Origin: Eledone cirrhosa
Taxonomy: Eukaryota
Length of the DNA stretch: 64,000 nucleotides
Direction: 5' to 3'
NCBI GenBank assembly: GCA_964016885.1
Contig: OZ024746.1
Coordinates: 76,756,001-76,820,000, forward strand
Shown here: piece after piece, positions 16,021 through 28,910 of the stretch
Position numbering within the stretch: position 1 is the stretch's first letter
How the letters are laid out: the number at the start of each line of letters is the position of its first letter
The notes under the pieces: generated by a model
The model's input: the letters and a program-made list of their open reading frames with translations, nothing else
Told to the model about the DNA's origin: nothing
Databases searched by the model: none
Translations under genes and position numbers: made by a program

Positions 16021-16930
16021 TCATCATCATCATCATCGTTTAACGTCCATGTTCCACGCTTGCATGGGAGTTTTCCCACTTGAGGCAAGAGTGGTTGTCT
16101 TGCTCGTATAGGACTGTCTGGCAGGTTTTCTACAGTTGGATGCCCTTCCTAACACCAACCACATTTGCAGTGTGGGGCTGGGAGGTTTTTACCGTGTTGC
16201 CTACACGGCCACATTACAGCGTGGACTGTCTGGCGGGTTTTCTACAGCTGGATGCCCTTCCTAACACCGACCACATTTACAGTGTGGGGCTGGGAGGTTT
16301 TTACCGTGTTGCCTACACGGCCACATTTACAGCGTGGACTGTGTTTTTTTTTTTGTCGTGACACCTACATGATCTCATTTGTTTCAGCCTGCATGTTGTG
16401 GCACCAACATAACTTTACATTGAAAGGGGCGGTGTGGATGGGGTGGGGTTGGTGAGATGGGGTGTATTTTGTTAGAGATGCCTACTGACTGTAGTAGGTT
16501 TTACTTTGTATTTAGGTAAGGCGGGTCTTCTCTATTACTGAGTACCGCCAAAGGTCTCGGTCCAGTGACATTGTCTTGGAGAGGTGTAAGTGTGTGAGGT
16601 CGGAATTTATCAGCTCGTCCCAGGTTTTTCTGGGTCTGCTTACTCCGTGGCTACCGTCTATCTTTATTGCCCTGCACTTTGCTATACAGCTGTCGTCTTT
16701 CATGCGCATCACGTGACCATACTAACGTAGCCTTCTCTCGAGTAAACAACATCTGATCCCTCTTATTTCTAATTTTTTCCTTAGTTCGTTTATGCTTTGC
16801 CGTTCGCATATATTACTATTACACATCCAGCGGAGCATGCAAGCTTCGTTCCTCTCTAGTCTGCGTATATATCCTCTGCACACAATGCCCAGGTCTCACT
16901 GCCATGCAACATTGCTGTTCGTATGCAGGC
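16021..16930 (-). mobile_element. RTE family B 3' fragment with internal 3'UTR duplication
   Basis: ORF 16512-16712 is the RTE C-terminus; GGACTGTCTGGC...ACAGCGT block repeated; (CAT)n end. Confidence 0.9.
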
Positions 16931-17226
16931 ATATATATATAATATAAATATAATTTATATATATATATAATATAAATATAATATATATATAATATAAATA
17001 TAATATATATATATATATATATATAATATAAATACAATATATATATATATAATATAAATATAATATAAATATAACATATATATATATATAATATAAATAT
17101 AATATATATATAATATAAATATAATATATATATAATATAAATATAATATATATATATATAATATATTTATATTATATATATATATATATTATATTTATAT
17201 TATATATATATATATTATATTTATAT

Positions 17227-17257
<31 letters not shown>

Positions 17258-17417
17258 ATATATATATCTATCTATCTATCTAAGGCGGGTTCTCTCCAGC
17301 GGTCTCTGTCCCTCATTATCGCTGCCATGTCCTGTGTCTCCATATTATATATATATTATCATCATCATCATCATCATCATCGTTTAACGTCCATATTCCA
17401 CGCTTGCATGGGTTATA

Positions 17418-17448
<31 letters not shown>

Positions 17449-17459
17449 ATATTATCTAT

Positions 17460-17674
17460 ATCATCATCATCATCACCGTTTTAAGTCCGTTCTTCCACGC
17501 TAGCATGGGTTAGACGGATGGTCCCTATCATCTCATTTCTACAGCGGAGTAAACTGGAGCAATGTGAAATAAAGTGTCTTGCTCAAGGAAACAACACATC
17601 ACCCGGTCTGAGAATTGAACTCACAACCTTTTGATTGCAAGTCCTATGCTCTAACCACTAAGCCATGTGCCTCC
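17460..17674 (-). mobile_element. CORE-type SINE, short variant with RTE-A tail
   Basis: Head nearly identical to 2040-2193; tail matches RTE-A end 13905-13960. Confidence 0.85.
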
Positions 17675-17740
17675 ATATATATTTATATAAATATTATATA
17701 TATTATATTATATATATATATATATTACACATATATATAT

Positions 17741-18122
17741 GTAAATCAGTGGCTAGTTGAGAGATAGTCTTATCGGTTGCCAGTTAATCGATTTACCGTG
17801 TCGGTTGTCACAAACAATCATGACCGGCACGGGCTGGCGTTTCGATTATGTCGATCGATTGGTTATTGATTAGGCGATAACCACTGATGAAGCCGCATAA
17901 GCCGATTGTGCATTGTTGCATAATATATGCAGACAGATGGTGCAGTGCACCTTACTGCTGCAGAAACTCGAGTCTGGGAACCTTATAGGCACCCGTTTTA
18001 CGTGTGTTGTGTTGAGGCGAATAACTATGTGTATACTCTGGTAATGTATCTTACATTGCCCATGGAGTGCGCTGAGATACGACCGGTACTGGCATTGATA
18101 AATATGCTGGGTCCGTCAACCC
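17741..18122 (+). mobile_element. ~380-bp non-coding insert carrying a hammerhead motif (solo pLTR or retrozyme-like)
   Basis: GC-richer island bounded by (TA)n; contains the hammerhead core. Confidence 0.6.
17881..17977 (+). ncRNA. Type I hammerhead ribozyme motif
   Basis: CCA-CTGATGA-[stem II GCCGCATAAG/CTTACTGCTGC]-GAAA-C-TCGA-GTC-TGG; GUC site; palindromic ACTCGAGT stem III. Confidence 0.78.
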
Positions 18123-18331
18123 ATATATATATATATATATATATATATAATGAGTTCTTTAAACATTGCATGCTAAATTATCCTCAATTATAGTTGTTCT
18201 GTATAATTGGAAAATTCAAACTCTGTTGCTTATGTGTTCTATGCAGGGGACACCCATAATTTCTCTATCTCTGAGCCTCCACATCTCATGCAATCAACAA
18301 AAGTATTTGAACAGCTACAAAGATCTGTTAA

Positions 18332-18537
18332 CCTTTTAGCATTTACATTACTCTATATATACTATTGTTTTCATGGTAAAGGCTTTACCTCACATAATAT
18401 GGAATCTGAGATTTTGATATTATTTATTTTGAGAACAATACTTTAAAGTTGATATGAGGGGGACCAGTTGTGGCCAGTTTGAACAGAAAGAGATGAGATA
18501 ATTCTCGCTGGATACAGCCAGTTTAAATGCTAAAGGG
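18332..18537. mobile_element. piggyBac-like MITE
   Basis: TTAA on both sides; 14-bp TIR CCTTTTAGCATTTA/TAAATGCTAAAGGG, 1 mismatch. Confidence 0.72.
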
Positions 18538-18678
18538 TTAACCACAGTCTGATCGATTGACCAGGACTGTCAGCCAAAGAACATTTTAGAGGAAAAGACA
18601 GGCATCAAAAGAAAAAATGGCTAGATAACATGACAAAATGGGCCAATAAAGACTTCACAACAAACAAGTCAATGGAAA

Positions 18679-18688
18679 TTTATTTATT
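18679..18688 (-). promoter_or_regulatory. Candidate poly(A) signals of the TIR gene
   Basis: Two overlapping AATAAA on the minus strand ~80-90 nt after the predicted stop. Confidence 0.5.
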
Positions 18689-18767
18689 GTCATTCATTTG
18701 TAGCTGAACAGGTATCTGGAATAAGATTTATAAAAATCAAAAATCTTTGAGCAATGTAGGTTTACAT

Positions 18768-18886
18768 TTAATTAGAATCATAGTGGGGTGCAGGCAAACT
18801 GGGGAAGTTTGTCATGGGGCCTGCAAGATGACTTTGAACTAGATGTTGTTTCAAACATTCAGGTAGACTATCTGTGTTTTGCAGAA
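18768..18886 (-). CDS. TIR-RHIM gene, predicted terminal coding exon
   Basis: Acceptor T-run-CTTCCAG; phase 1 matches the previous exon; open to TAA: (V)LQNTDSLPECLKQHLVQSHLAGPMTNFPSLPAPHYDSN*. Confidence 0.68.
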
Positions 18887-19529
18887 CTGGAAGAAAAAAA
18901 AAAGTGGGGTGAAATTAGATATTGTAACAAATACAAACTGCTATTTTAATCTTGTTTACTTGCCATCAACCATGAAGAGTTAGAATTCCTCAAGACATGG
19001 TTTCTATAGCTAAATGCCTTTCTTAATGTCAATCATTTTACTGTGGTACCTGCACAAATAAGGTTGTCATGTCCTTGATACAACTGAAGAATCATCCCAA
19101 ATTTATTTTTATGGCAGGTTTCTACAGTGGGATACCCTCCCTAATGCCAACCACTTCATTTATCTGTGCACTCTACACTGTAAAGAGTAGTAGGAGAGAG
19201 CAATAAAGGGAGGTGATTAGAGGCTATATGATTGGTAGAAGGTTGAATAAACAACTACAAGTACAATGTAGAAGGGGAAAGCAAGCAATGAATATAACGG
19301 TTTGGTCACTGCGAGGAGAATGATAGTCAGAGCATGGAATGTGGGCAAGGCAGACACCCATTCACATGACAATACTGTAAGGAGCAGTATGGATGGGCCA
19401 AATGTCACACTACATGTTAACACTGGATAGAAGATACAATATATAGGTGAGGAAGATAAAGACATGGAACTAATAGAAGCATGCTGGATGCCTTATACTG
19501 GTGTGTGGGTCATCTCCAGCACTAAAAGT

Positions 19530-19950
19530 CATCAATCATTGTAGTCCTTAATCCGTGTCATGAGGTTAGTCTTCACCACTTCATCCCACCCATGTTTTGA
19601 GTCAACACTTTTTACAGGTACCATCCACTGTTAGTGCCCTGCACTTTATACAGCTGTCGTCCTCCTTATGCATCACATGTCCATACCAGCACAATCTTCT
19701 CTCTTGCACATTACATTTGATTCCTCTTATACCCAGTTTTTTTTCCCAACTCATTTATGCTTCATTGTTGGTGTACACCCGCTAACATTACATATCCAAA
19801 GTACACTTGCTTCATTTCTAGTTTTTGCAAGTTCTCTGCAGTCAAGGCCCATGTCTCACTGCCATGCAGCATCACAGTTCGAACACAAGCATCATACAAT
19901 CTACACTTCATTTTGAGAGAGAGAGAAGCCCTTTGTTGCCAGCAGAGGTG
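19530..19950 (-). mobile_element. Degenerate RTE 3' fragment
   Basis: MKCRLYDACVRTVMLHGSETWAL in ORF 19762-20061. Confidence 0.85.
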
Positions 19951-20415
19951 ATTATGACAGAATAGCAATATGGAGTGAATATGTTTGTTGCTGAAGGAGA
20001 GAGAGAAGGTATTGTGTTGCGGACGTTGCTGGAAATGGCAGCTCAGAGATGGAGATAGCATTGGTGGTTACTTGTATGACTAACGTTCCCCCACTCCTTA
20101 TTTGGATAACATTGTGCAGTTAATGAGAGTGAGTGGGTTGGCAAACATGAGAGAGTAAATAATATGGGAGTGAGCATATGAGGGCCTGACAGACACCAAG
20201 CTGTCCCAGTTGTGTGAGCAGTAATGTATGGAGAGTGAGACTAATTAAGACAAGGTGAAGGAGTTTAAAGTGAATGAGAATAATGCAGAAATGTTGATGC
20301 AAGATGTTTCTCAAACCTAAGAGGGCAGTAACTCTGAATGCTAGCATGGAACATAGACATAAAATGGTGATGAATATCTTACAAGAACCATCAACTTGAC
20401 TTAGCATTCACTTAC

Positions 20416-20443
20416 CTGTAATATTTTTATTGGCTTCACCTAT
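20416..20443 (-). CDS. TIR-RHIM gene, predicted 28-nt micro-exon
   Basis: ctcatttcag|ATAGGTGAAGCCAATAAAAATATTACAG|gtaagt; phase 0 in, phase 1 out; encodes IGEANKNIT. Confidence 0.7.
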
Positions 20444-20994
20444 CTGAAATGAGTAAGCATAAATGAAATAGGTCATTAAAATAGTTTTAATGAAGAATTT
20501 TATGTACAGGTAAATGTTCACTATGGCTGTGTCTTTAAACAAACAACTCATTATATGAAGAAAATAAAAGAAAAAAAAAATTTACAGCTCACACTTATGT
20601 AGGCTTAGCTGGCCTCCTACGAAGTTGTATCTTATCAATCAGGAATTTTAATAATAGGGACTCCAGTTCTAACATGAGAGTAATGTGAAATTAAACACCT
20701 TTGTCAAAAACACAACAGACTACCTGGTACATAAACTCATGACTTATTCCTGAGTCCAACACTCTAATCACTAGACCCATCATTCAATTCTTGAAACTAG
20801 ATGTCTCTAGGAAATAATAACATGATTCTCATTGCAGTTTGTCAATGAGCTTCAAGTTGTAAAATGATGACCTTGCGGAGACAAGCCTAAACGTTAACAT
20901 AACAATGTACAAGTTATTCATGAGATTTAAGTCCCAGTTGGAAAATTACCTTATTCAATATATTGGAAAAAGTAAATAAGAACTGGAAAATATG

Positions 20995-21490
20995 TACTGT
21001 ATATACTCATATATAAGCCAAAAAAATATGTGAGAAAACAAAAATAGGGGTCAGCTTATATTCAAGGTCAATATTTTGCTGATTTTCACCGACTTAAAAA
21101 TTCTATGTAAATGAAGTGCTAAAATATCTTTGCTTTGGATGTGAATATTACACCAGTTTCACTTTCTGCATGAAATTTGTTTATCCTTTCTTTTTTTGGT
21201 GTGTGTTTGTGGTTTCAATGAATATGGCCCTCAAAATGGTCAGAAATTGGTAAAAAAAAGTCATTATATAATGGAGTTTTGAAGCAAAAACTATATACAC
21301 TAAACAATACTTAAAACATTTAAAATAACAAAATATTAAAACTTCATATATACATTTCATGAGAATTTTAAATCTGTGTCATCTCATCAATGTGTTGATT
21401 AACTGCTTCAGCTTACACACAGGGTTTGGATTTTTGCCTATATCTCAGACATAGAATAGGGAGCCAGTTTATAGTCAAGTATATATGGTA
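20995..21490. mobile_element. Degenerate Tc1/mariner-superfamily (Tc2/pogo-like) MITE
   Basis: TA-CTGTATATACTCATATATAAGC ... GTTTATAGTCAAGTATATATGG-TA imperfect TIRs; subterminal AATAGGGG motifs. Confidence 0.6.
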
Positions 21491-21699
21491 CTTTGGACAC
21501 TATGGGTACACAAAAGATGCAAATGTGATTTCTAATAGCCTGACCAAGACCCAAGACTTTGAATGCAACTAGATCACAGGAATGGTTAATAGGGGAAATG
21601 CTGGCCATGAGTTTGCCTCTAAGAGACACTAACCAAGGCAGGGTGTTTGTGGAAGACCAGCAGTCGCCCATACATGTAAGTCTTCCCTACCCATGCCAC

Positions 21700-21900
21700 T
21701 GATGTCATTCAAGGGAAAGGTTATGGTCAATACAACTTGATATCAGTGCTGTCACAACTTATTTTTGCCAACTGAATAGACTGGAGTAAAGTGAAATAAA
21801 GTTTCTTGCTCAAAGACACATGCCACCCAAACGAGGAATCTAACTTATGACCTTACAATTTTGAATCAAGCACCCTAACCACTGACTCACATGCCTTCAC
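21700..21900 (-). mobile_element. Old CORE-type SINE
   Basis: GTGAAATAAAGTTTCTTGCTCAAAGACAC...CTAACCACT, similar to 2040-2193; further decayed copies near 20590-20780 and 30460-30755. Confidence 0.65.
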
Positions 21901-22683
21901 AATAGTAGGAGGAACATCAATAAAAAGAGTTCCACAAACTACACAGAGTGCATTTGTTGTTGTATATAATTTTTACTATTCAGGTGAATTAATTAGTAGT
22001 GATAGAGAAGGAACTGAAGTATAATAGCTTAGTAAGATAGGAGTGTGAAAGGACTTGCTATGAGTAAAGATCATGCATATTTCCTTTATATCATGTATCA
22101 GGATTTAATCCTTTCTGTTTATTCTCTCACTGTACAGACTTAATGCCATAACCTTAAATAATTTATATTAACATCTATAAAGCACTTGGGCACAAAATAC
22201 CTTGCTGACTAATTAGCCTATGTAGTATGTGTCATGTTACCATATGTCTGATATTTCATAATTGTTTTGTTAATTATTTGTTATAGATATGCTAATTTAG
22301 TTTCAGATTTTGTGTGTGAATTTTGGATTCAGTACAAACGAAAAAATACACTTTCATTAACATGAATTTTAAAAATACACAGTGTTAATAAAATAAATGT
22401 TTAAATAAAAGTAAACTAATGAATCTGAAACTAAATTTCAAAGAAGAATCTAAAACCGAGCAAATAACTGCAAGCTTTTTATGGCCTTTTCCCTGCTAAA
22501 GCAGAAGTTAAACTTGTAAACTCCACGAAAGGCTTAATGCTCATAAGAGCATGCTCACCTCATATCCACTGCTTTCATTACCCAAGTCTCACTGCTATGC
22601 AACATTACACATTGCACACAAGCATCATACAGCCAGCATTTCTTTCATAGAGAGAAATCTTGTGTTGTTAACAGAGGTAGAGT

Positions 22684-22905
22684 TTACCGGGGAGGCCTAA
22701 CAAGGAGATCCCTCAGTAATTGGAACAACCTCGTGTCTCCTTTTTGAAAATTGGGATTATCACTCCTGATTGCCATTGCTTAGGTGCCCTTCCAGAAATC
22801 CAGGTCACCCAGCACACACGAGTCAGCCAGAAAATACCTTCTCTATTTAAGGCATTTAACATCTTTGGCCAGATTTCATCTTCCACAGTGGCCTTGTCAG
22901 ATTTG
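22684..22905 (-). mobile_element. RT fragment from a different RTE lineage (Expander/Rex3-like)
   Basis: Minus-strand translation DEIWPKMLNALNREGIFWLTRVCWVTWISGRAPKQWQSGVIIPIFKK..CSNY*GISLLGLPGK. Confidence 0.7.
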
Positions 22906-23099
22906 GGCTATATATATATAATATATATAAATATATTATATATATATTATATATATATATATAAAATTATGTGAGTTTGGGGTTCAATTGGGGGTAATCA
23001 CAGTTAGTAAGGTACTAATACATTAGTAGAGTGTAAACATCAGTTAAATATAGAAATGGCTTCTACAGGACTAGAACTAGATTTAGTCCATTTCTATAT

Positions 23100-23632
23100 G
23101 AATTTGCATCACCAGTCTGGAACCCCTATCTTGCTCAGGACATTGACCGCCTGGAAACTGTTCAGAGATGTGCAACCAAGCGAATACCCTCAATCAGGCA
23201 TCTACCATACTCTGAGCGCCTTGCTTCCCTGGGCATGGATTCATTGAAGCTCCGACGCCTGGCAACTGACTTGGTAAACACCCACAAAATTGTTAACCAT
23301 GTTGCCAACAACAACCCTGAGTACCTTTTCGATTTCCATGTGTCTAACACACGTGGACATGCCCACAAAGTAAGAAAACAGCACAGTTCCCATGACTTTC
23401 GGAAACATTTTTTCACGCTCAGAGTTGCTGAAGCATGGAACAAACTACCTGCATCAGTTGTTAGCTGTCGAGACACTGCATCCTTTAAGGCCTCCATGCT
23501 TCCCGAGATCCGCCAACAGAACAGCTAACACATACACACATGTACTTCCCTGACATTTGTGTATTATTCTATGTACTATATTGACGAGTTGTAGTGCACC
23601 TGAGCACTTTACACAATAATTTCATTATTATT
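23100..23632 (+). mobile_element. CR1-clade LINE 3' fragment
   Basis: EFASPVWNPY..DIDRLETVQR..YSERL..L..RR..TRGH..FFTLRV..WNKLP; (TTA)n tail. Confidence 0.88.
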
Positions 23633-23643
23633 TATATTAAACT

Positions 23644-23679
<36 letters not shown>

Positions 23680-24264
23680 AGGAATTTTTTCCTTTGAAAT
23701 CATTAAATTACAAAGATAAATGTGAGTCCTTTACTCCATTACTTTACTTGATATATAGCTCTTAACAATTCTGTTTGTTGAGCACTCTAAATTGAATGGT
23801 TATAGGTTGCCATTTCTAGCAGCTTCTTGTTCTATTCATACCACTAGTTACTGGTTCATGCACACATTCTCTTTCCATTTACACATGCTACAGGTCAGTT
23901 ATTTTAGGTCTCCTTAGTAATGAGGGACATATCAGCTTAACACATGCAGATGATCCATAAGCTGAATTGATTCCTTCCTTCACTAATTTATGGTGAAACA
24001 TTCTCCTAGTGAGTCTGTACATGTGTGATTTAGTTATAAAAGTGGGTTATTTCATTTTAATTTATCCTTTTAATTATAATGTATTTCCCAAACCTTTCAT
24101 AGTTTGTTTTTCACGCGAGTGGTCTTATACCCCCTGTAATTGAAAACACATTCTCTTGTGTATTTTCCTCTCTATATTGTATTTTGAAGTGCCCAGGTAT
24201 TTTTCCCTATGAGTTCATTAAATTAAATAAACGCGAGTCATTTACACTGTTGCTTTACTTGATG

Positions 24265-24295
<31 letters not shown>

Positions 24296-24302
24296 ATATA
24301 TA

Positions 24303-26485
24303 TGTGTCCGTAATGATGATGGTGTACTAACTGATGCTGATAAGAAGGTAGCTTGGAAGTGTTACTATGAGAGGCTACTAAATGAGGAGAATAAATGGGA
24401 AAAAGATAGTCTGCCCCAAATCGATCCAATAGAGGGACCAGCGGTGCAAGTTAAAGATAGTATAATAAGTAAGGCAATCAAAGATATGAAGACAGGCAAG
24501 GCAGCTGGGCCTTCGGAGATAGTTGCTGAAATGCTGAAAGCATCTGGAACGGTGGGATACACTATGGTCACCCGGATAGTAAACCAAGTCATACAGAACT
24601 GGGTGATACCAAATGACTGGCGTGGCAGCATCATCATTAACTACTACAAGGGTAAAGAAGATGCCCTAGATAGGGGAAACTATAGAGGCATTAAATTAAT
24701 TGACCAGGTCATGAAGGTCACAGAAAGCGGTATAGTATAACTAATCAGAGATCGAATTGATCTCGATGAAATGCAGTTTGAGTTTGTGTCAGGTAAAAGT
24801 ACGACAGATGCCCTTTTCCTTGTACGACAACTACAGAAGTACCTAGCTAAAAGTAAACCTCTATACTTAGCTTTTGTTGACTTGGAGAAAGCCTTTGACA
24901 GAGTCCCCCCGTGCCATTATCTGGTGGGCCCTTAGAAAACTAGTTGTTGATGAATGGCTTGTGAGACTATACAAGCCATGTATAAAAAAACAGTCAGCAA
25001 GGTTAGAATTAACAAATATAATAAAGAATTTAGCATAAAAGTTGGTGTTCATCAGGGCTCTGTCCTTAGCCTCCTCCTACTTATTATTGCCCTTCAGGCT
25101 ATAACAGAGAAGTTCAAGACCGGCTGCCCATGGGAACCTCTATATGCAGATGATCTAATGCTCATAGCTGAATCGATGGCTGAACTAGAGAACAAATTCC
25201 AAACATGGAAGCATGGCCTAGAATCAAAAGGCCTTAAAGTTAACTTGTCTAAGACTAAAGTTCTAGTATGTAAGAGGAAAATAGGGCACAGGTCCCCTCT
25301 GGGAAATGGCCATGCTCAGTGTGTAGGAAAGGAGTAGGCAAAAATTCCATTTTATGTCCCAAATGCAAAGTATGGGTGTATAAAAGATGTAGTGGGATCA
25401 CAGGTAAGCTATCTAAGAGCATAGATTTTATATGTGGTCGGTGCTCAGGTGCAATAAGTAGCAAGTGCCCACAGGATACTAGCTCCTTCTATTGCCCAGA
25501 TGGTTCTATAGAAATAGTGGACACCTTCCGTAACCTGGTTGACAAAATCAGTAGTGGTGGAGGGTGCTCTGAATGTATAGTAGCCAGAGTCAGAACGGGA
25601 TGGAAAAAGTTCAAAGAACTTATACCACTATTGGTCACTAAAGGTTTCTCTCTAAAAATGAAAGGCAGACTGTATGATGCCTGCATATGAATAGCAATGT
25701 TAGATGGCAGTGAGACATGGGCATTGTGTGCAGAGGATCTGCACAGACTGGAGAGGAACGAAGCATGCATGCTCTGTTGGGTGTGTAATAGTAATATACA
25801 TGAACGGTAAAGCATAAATCAACTAAGTGAGAAATTAGGAATAAGAGGGATCAGATGCTGTTTACTCGAGAGAAGACTGCATTGGTATGGTCACGTGATG
25901 CGCATGAAAGACATCTATATAAAAAAGTGCAGGGCGATCAAAATTGATGGAAGTTACGGAGTAGGCAGACCCAGAAAAACCTGGGACGATTTGACAAATT
26001 CCGACTTCACACACTTACACCTCTCCAAGACAATGTCACTGGACTGAGATCTTTGGCGCTACGCAGTAATACAGAAGACTCACCTTGCCTCAGTACAAAG
26101 CGAAACCTACAGTCAGTAGGCACCTCTTAACCAGATATACACCCACATCCCACTACCCCTACTCCCCCATCCCCACCGCCATCAACACCACCCCTTTCTC
26201 TGTTAAGTTATGTTGGTACCACAACATCCAGTCCTAAATAAATGGTCGTGTAGGTGTCACGACAAAAAAACACACAGTCCACGCTGTAATGTGGCCGTGT
26301 AGGTAACACGGTAAAAACCTCCCAGACCACACTGTAAACGTGGTTGGTGTTAGGAAGGGCACCAGCCGTAGAAAACCTGCCAGACAGTCCTATACGAGCA
26401 AGATGACCAATCTTGCCTCGAGTGGGACAATTCCCATCTAAACCCATGCTAACGTGGAAGATAGACGTTAAATGATGATGATGAT
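24303..26485 (+). mobile_element. 5'-truncated, decayed RTE family B-like copy
   Basis: Collinear with 7869-10016; several stops and frameshifts; (GAT)n tail. Confidence 0.93.
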
Positions 26486-26566
26486 ATATATATATATATA
26501 TATATAAAATATTAAAAAAATAATGAATAAAACAATGAAACAGTTCCTTATATTAAACAAAAAAAG

Positions 26567-26721
26567 TTCATTATTTAACGATCGTTTCTAGGATATATAT
26601 GTGTTAGAATTGGCATGCATATTCAACAGATCTATGTACAAAATTATACAAAATTATACAAACTATCAAGATTAAATATACATACCAAACACACATATAT
26701 GCCGTCTTCAGAAATAATGAA
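26567..26721 (-). ncRNA. Mirror copy of the hammerhead motif
   Basis: Reverse complement of 27292-27446 in the other arm. Confidence 0.8.
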
Positions 26722-27291
26722 ATATATTTATTGATAATAACAACAATTCAAAATTTCAGGTCCGTTTGGGAACAGAGTTCAAATTGACCAATGAAAATAC
26801 AAAAAATTTTATGCAGTTTGGTGTGTGTATATACATGTAATTAACTTCGTACACATATTTATATAAAGATATATGCTCACTATAATACTATATGCACATA
26901 TATATGTGTGTGGGGGTGTGTGTGTGTATGTATGTTCGTAATTATGTGTATGTTTATGCATATACGCGCGTGTGTGTGTGAGTGTACGTATATGTGTGAG
27001 TATATGAATGTGTGTATACATTTATTTCATATTTATGTGTCTATACGCATTTTATCTGTGGATTATAAACTTACAGAGACATTAGCCTTGAATTTTTGTA
27101 TTTGCATACATCTTTTTGGCATGCGTATGCATGTGAGCATATATCTTTATATAAATATGTGTACGAAGTTAATTACATGTATATACACACACCAAACTGC
27201 ATAAAATTTTTTGTATTTTCATTGGTCAATTTGAACTCTGTTCCCAAACGGACCTGAAATTTTGAATTGTTGTTATTATCAATAAATATAT

Positions 27292-27446
27292 TTCATTATT
27301 TCTGAAGACGGCATATATGTGTGTTTGGTATGTATATTTAATCTTGATAGTTTGTATAATTTTGTATAATTTTGTACATAGATCTGTTGAATATGCATGC
27401 CAATTCTAACACATATATATCCTAGAAACGATCGTTAAATAATGAA
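27292..27446 (+). ncRNA. Type I hammerhead ribozyme motif with extended stem II
   Basis: TTCATTATTT-CTGAAGA-[ATATATGTGT...ACACATATAT]-GAAA-C-GATC-GTT-AAATAATGAA; 10-bp stem I; palindromic AACGATCGTT stem III. Confidence 0.82.
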
Positions 27447-27715
27447 CTTTTTTTGTTTAATATAAGGAACTGTTTCATTGTTTTATTCATTATTTTTTTA
27501 ATATTTTATCTTGACTCTGTATTCCGTTTATCTTTCACCGAAAGTGATTTTTCATTGCATCTCTTCTTTCCATGATATCCGGACTACATTGAGTTCTTCA
27601 TACGGATTGGACACTACCGTAAACTCTTGGTAGATTTATCTACATATATATATATATATATATATATGCATACATATATATACATATGCATACATATATA
27701 TACATTTATAAAATA

Positions 27716-28510
27716 TGGGTACACTGTAGTGTATGGTGGCTATGATTATGACTCGAGAAATGAAGGGAAGGCATGGCTCCTAGAATTCTGTGATGCAATG
27801 TGTTATCAGTTGGTACTTAAGGAAACCAAGTGTAGATGAGTGGCTTGTGAGAGCAAGAAATGGACACAGATGTTGTCAGTAATGTGAGAATAAGTAATGA
27901 GTTTAGGGAGATATTCAATTTGCAGGTAGGTGTTCATCAGAATCAGTCCTCAAACTACATGTGACAAGGCCATGACAGAGGAGTTCAAAACTGACTGTTC
28001 ATGGGCACTTCTGTATGCTGATCACTTGGTTCTTATAGCTGAATATGTGGAAGAGTAAGAGAAGAAATTCCTATGGTAGAACTAAGGATCAAAAGGGCTC
28101 AAAATAAACTTAGCAAAGACTAACGTTTTAGTAAGTTGGAAAAACGACAGGATTCTAGTTCCATCAGGTGAGCATGCTTATGTGCATGAATAGCTAAGTA
28201 TGGATGAGCTGAGAGAAAAACTGGGTATAAGTGGAACCAGATGTAATATGCAAGAGAGAAGACAACACTGGTATGGACAGGTGATGCATATGAATGATGA
28301 TCATTGTATGATGAAGTGACAGGTGATGCAAATGGAAGCTGCGGAAGAGTAAGACCAAGGAAGACCTAGGTGAAAGTGGTAAGACCTTATCTCAAAATGC
28401 TGAATCTTGCTGATGGCAAAATAACACAATGAGTGAAGAGAAGCTACGTTGGTAAAGCCCTGTTCAACCTATGCAAACATGGGTATAAAAGGATGATGAT
28501 AATGATGATA
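27716..28510 (+). mobile_element. Highly decayed, internally deleted RTE
   Basis: RNEGKAWLLEFCDA, LLYAD and WYG.VM remnants; (GAT)n-like end. Confidence 0.75.
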
Positions 28511-28910
28511 CAAACAGATTATTTTGTGTCCATTTTCCATGCTGGCATGGGTTGGACAAGTTGTTACAGTCCAACTCAGTTCTTATTTGGAGTTACTACC
28601 GTACTAGACGGGTTGAGTGACCACATAATGCTATATTGCTCTCTTAGCTAAACCATCATAAGTGTATATACAACAAGTTTCTGCTGTTTCCATTTACCAA
28701 ATTCCAAGACATTGGTCAACCTGGGGTGCTACACAGCAGGACTGAACTCAGAACCATGTTGTTGCAAAGCGAACCCCTTAACCATACAGCAATGCCTGTA
28801 CCTATATGAATTACATTGAGGGAAAATTTCATGACAATGCAGTATATTTTTCTATTAAATAATTCACTCATACAACATTTTAGAAACAAATTGATGATAT
28901 ATTTACTTAC

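Larger units (their letters stand above)
26504..27509. repeat. Perfect 377-bp inverted repeat (26504-26880 / 27133-27509), 252-bp spacer
   Basis: Arms are reverse complements on manual comparison; mirror ORF ends 26809(-) and 27204(+) share a peptide. Confidence 0.95.

Noticed and set aside
28716-28910. C-terminal part of the 221-aa ORF (VSKYIINL...STPG)
   Set aside because: Lies past a consensus GTAAGT donor and runs into a SINE; intron read-through
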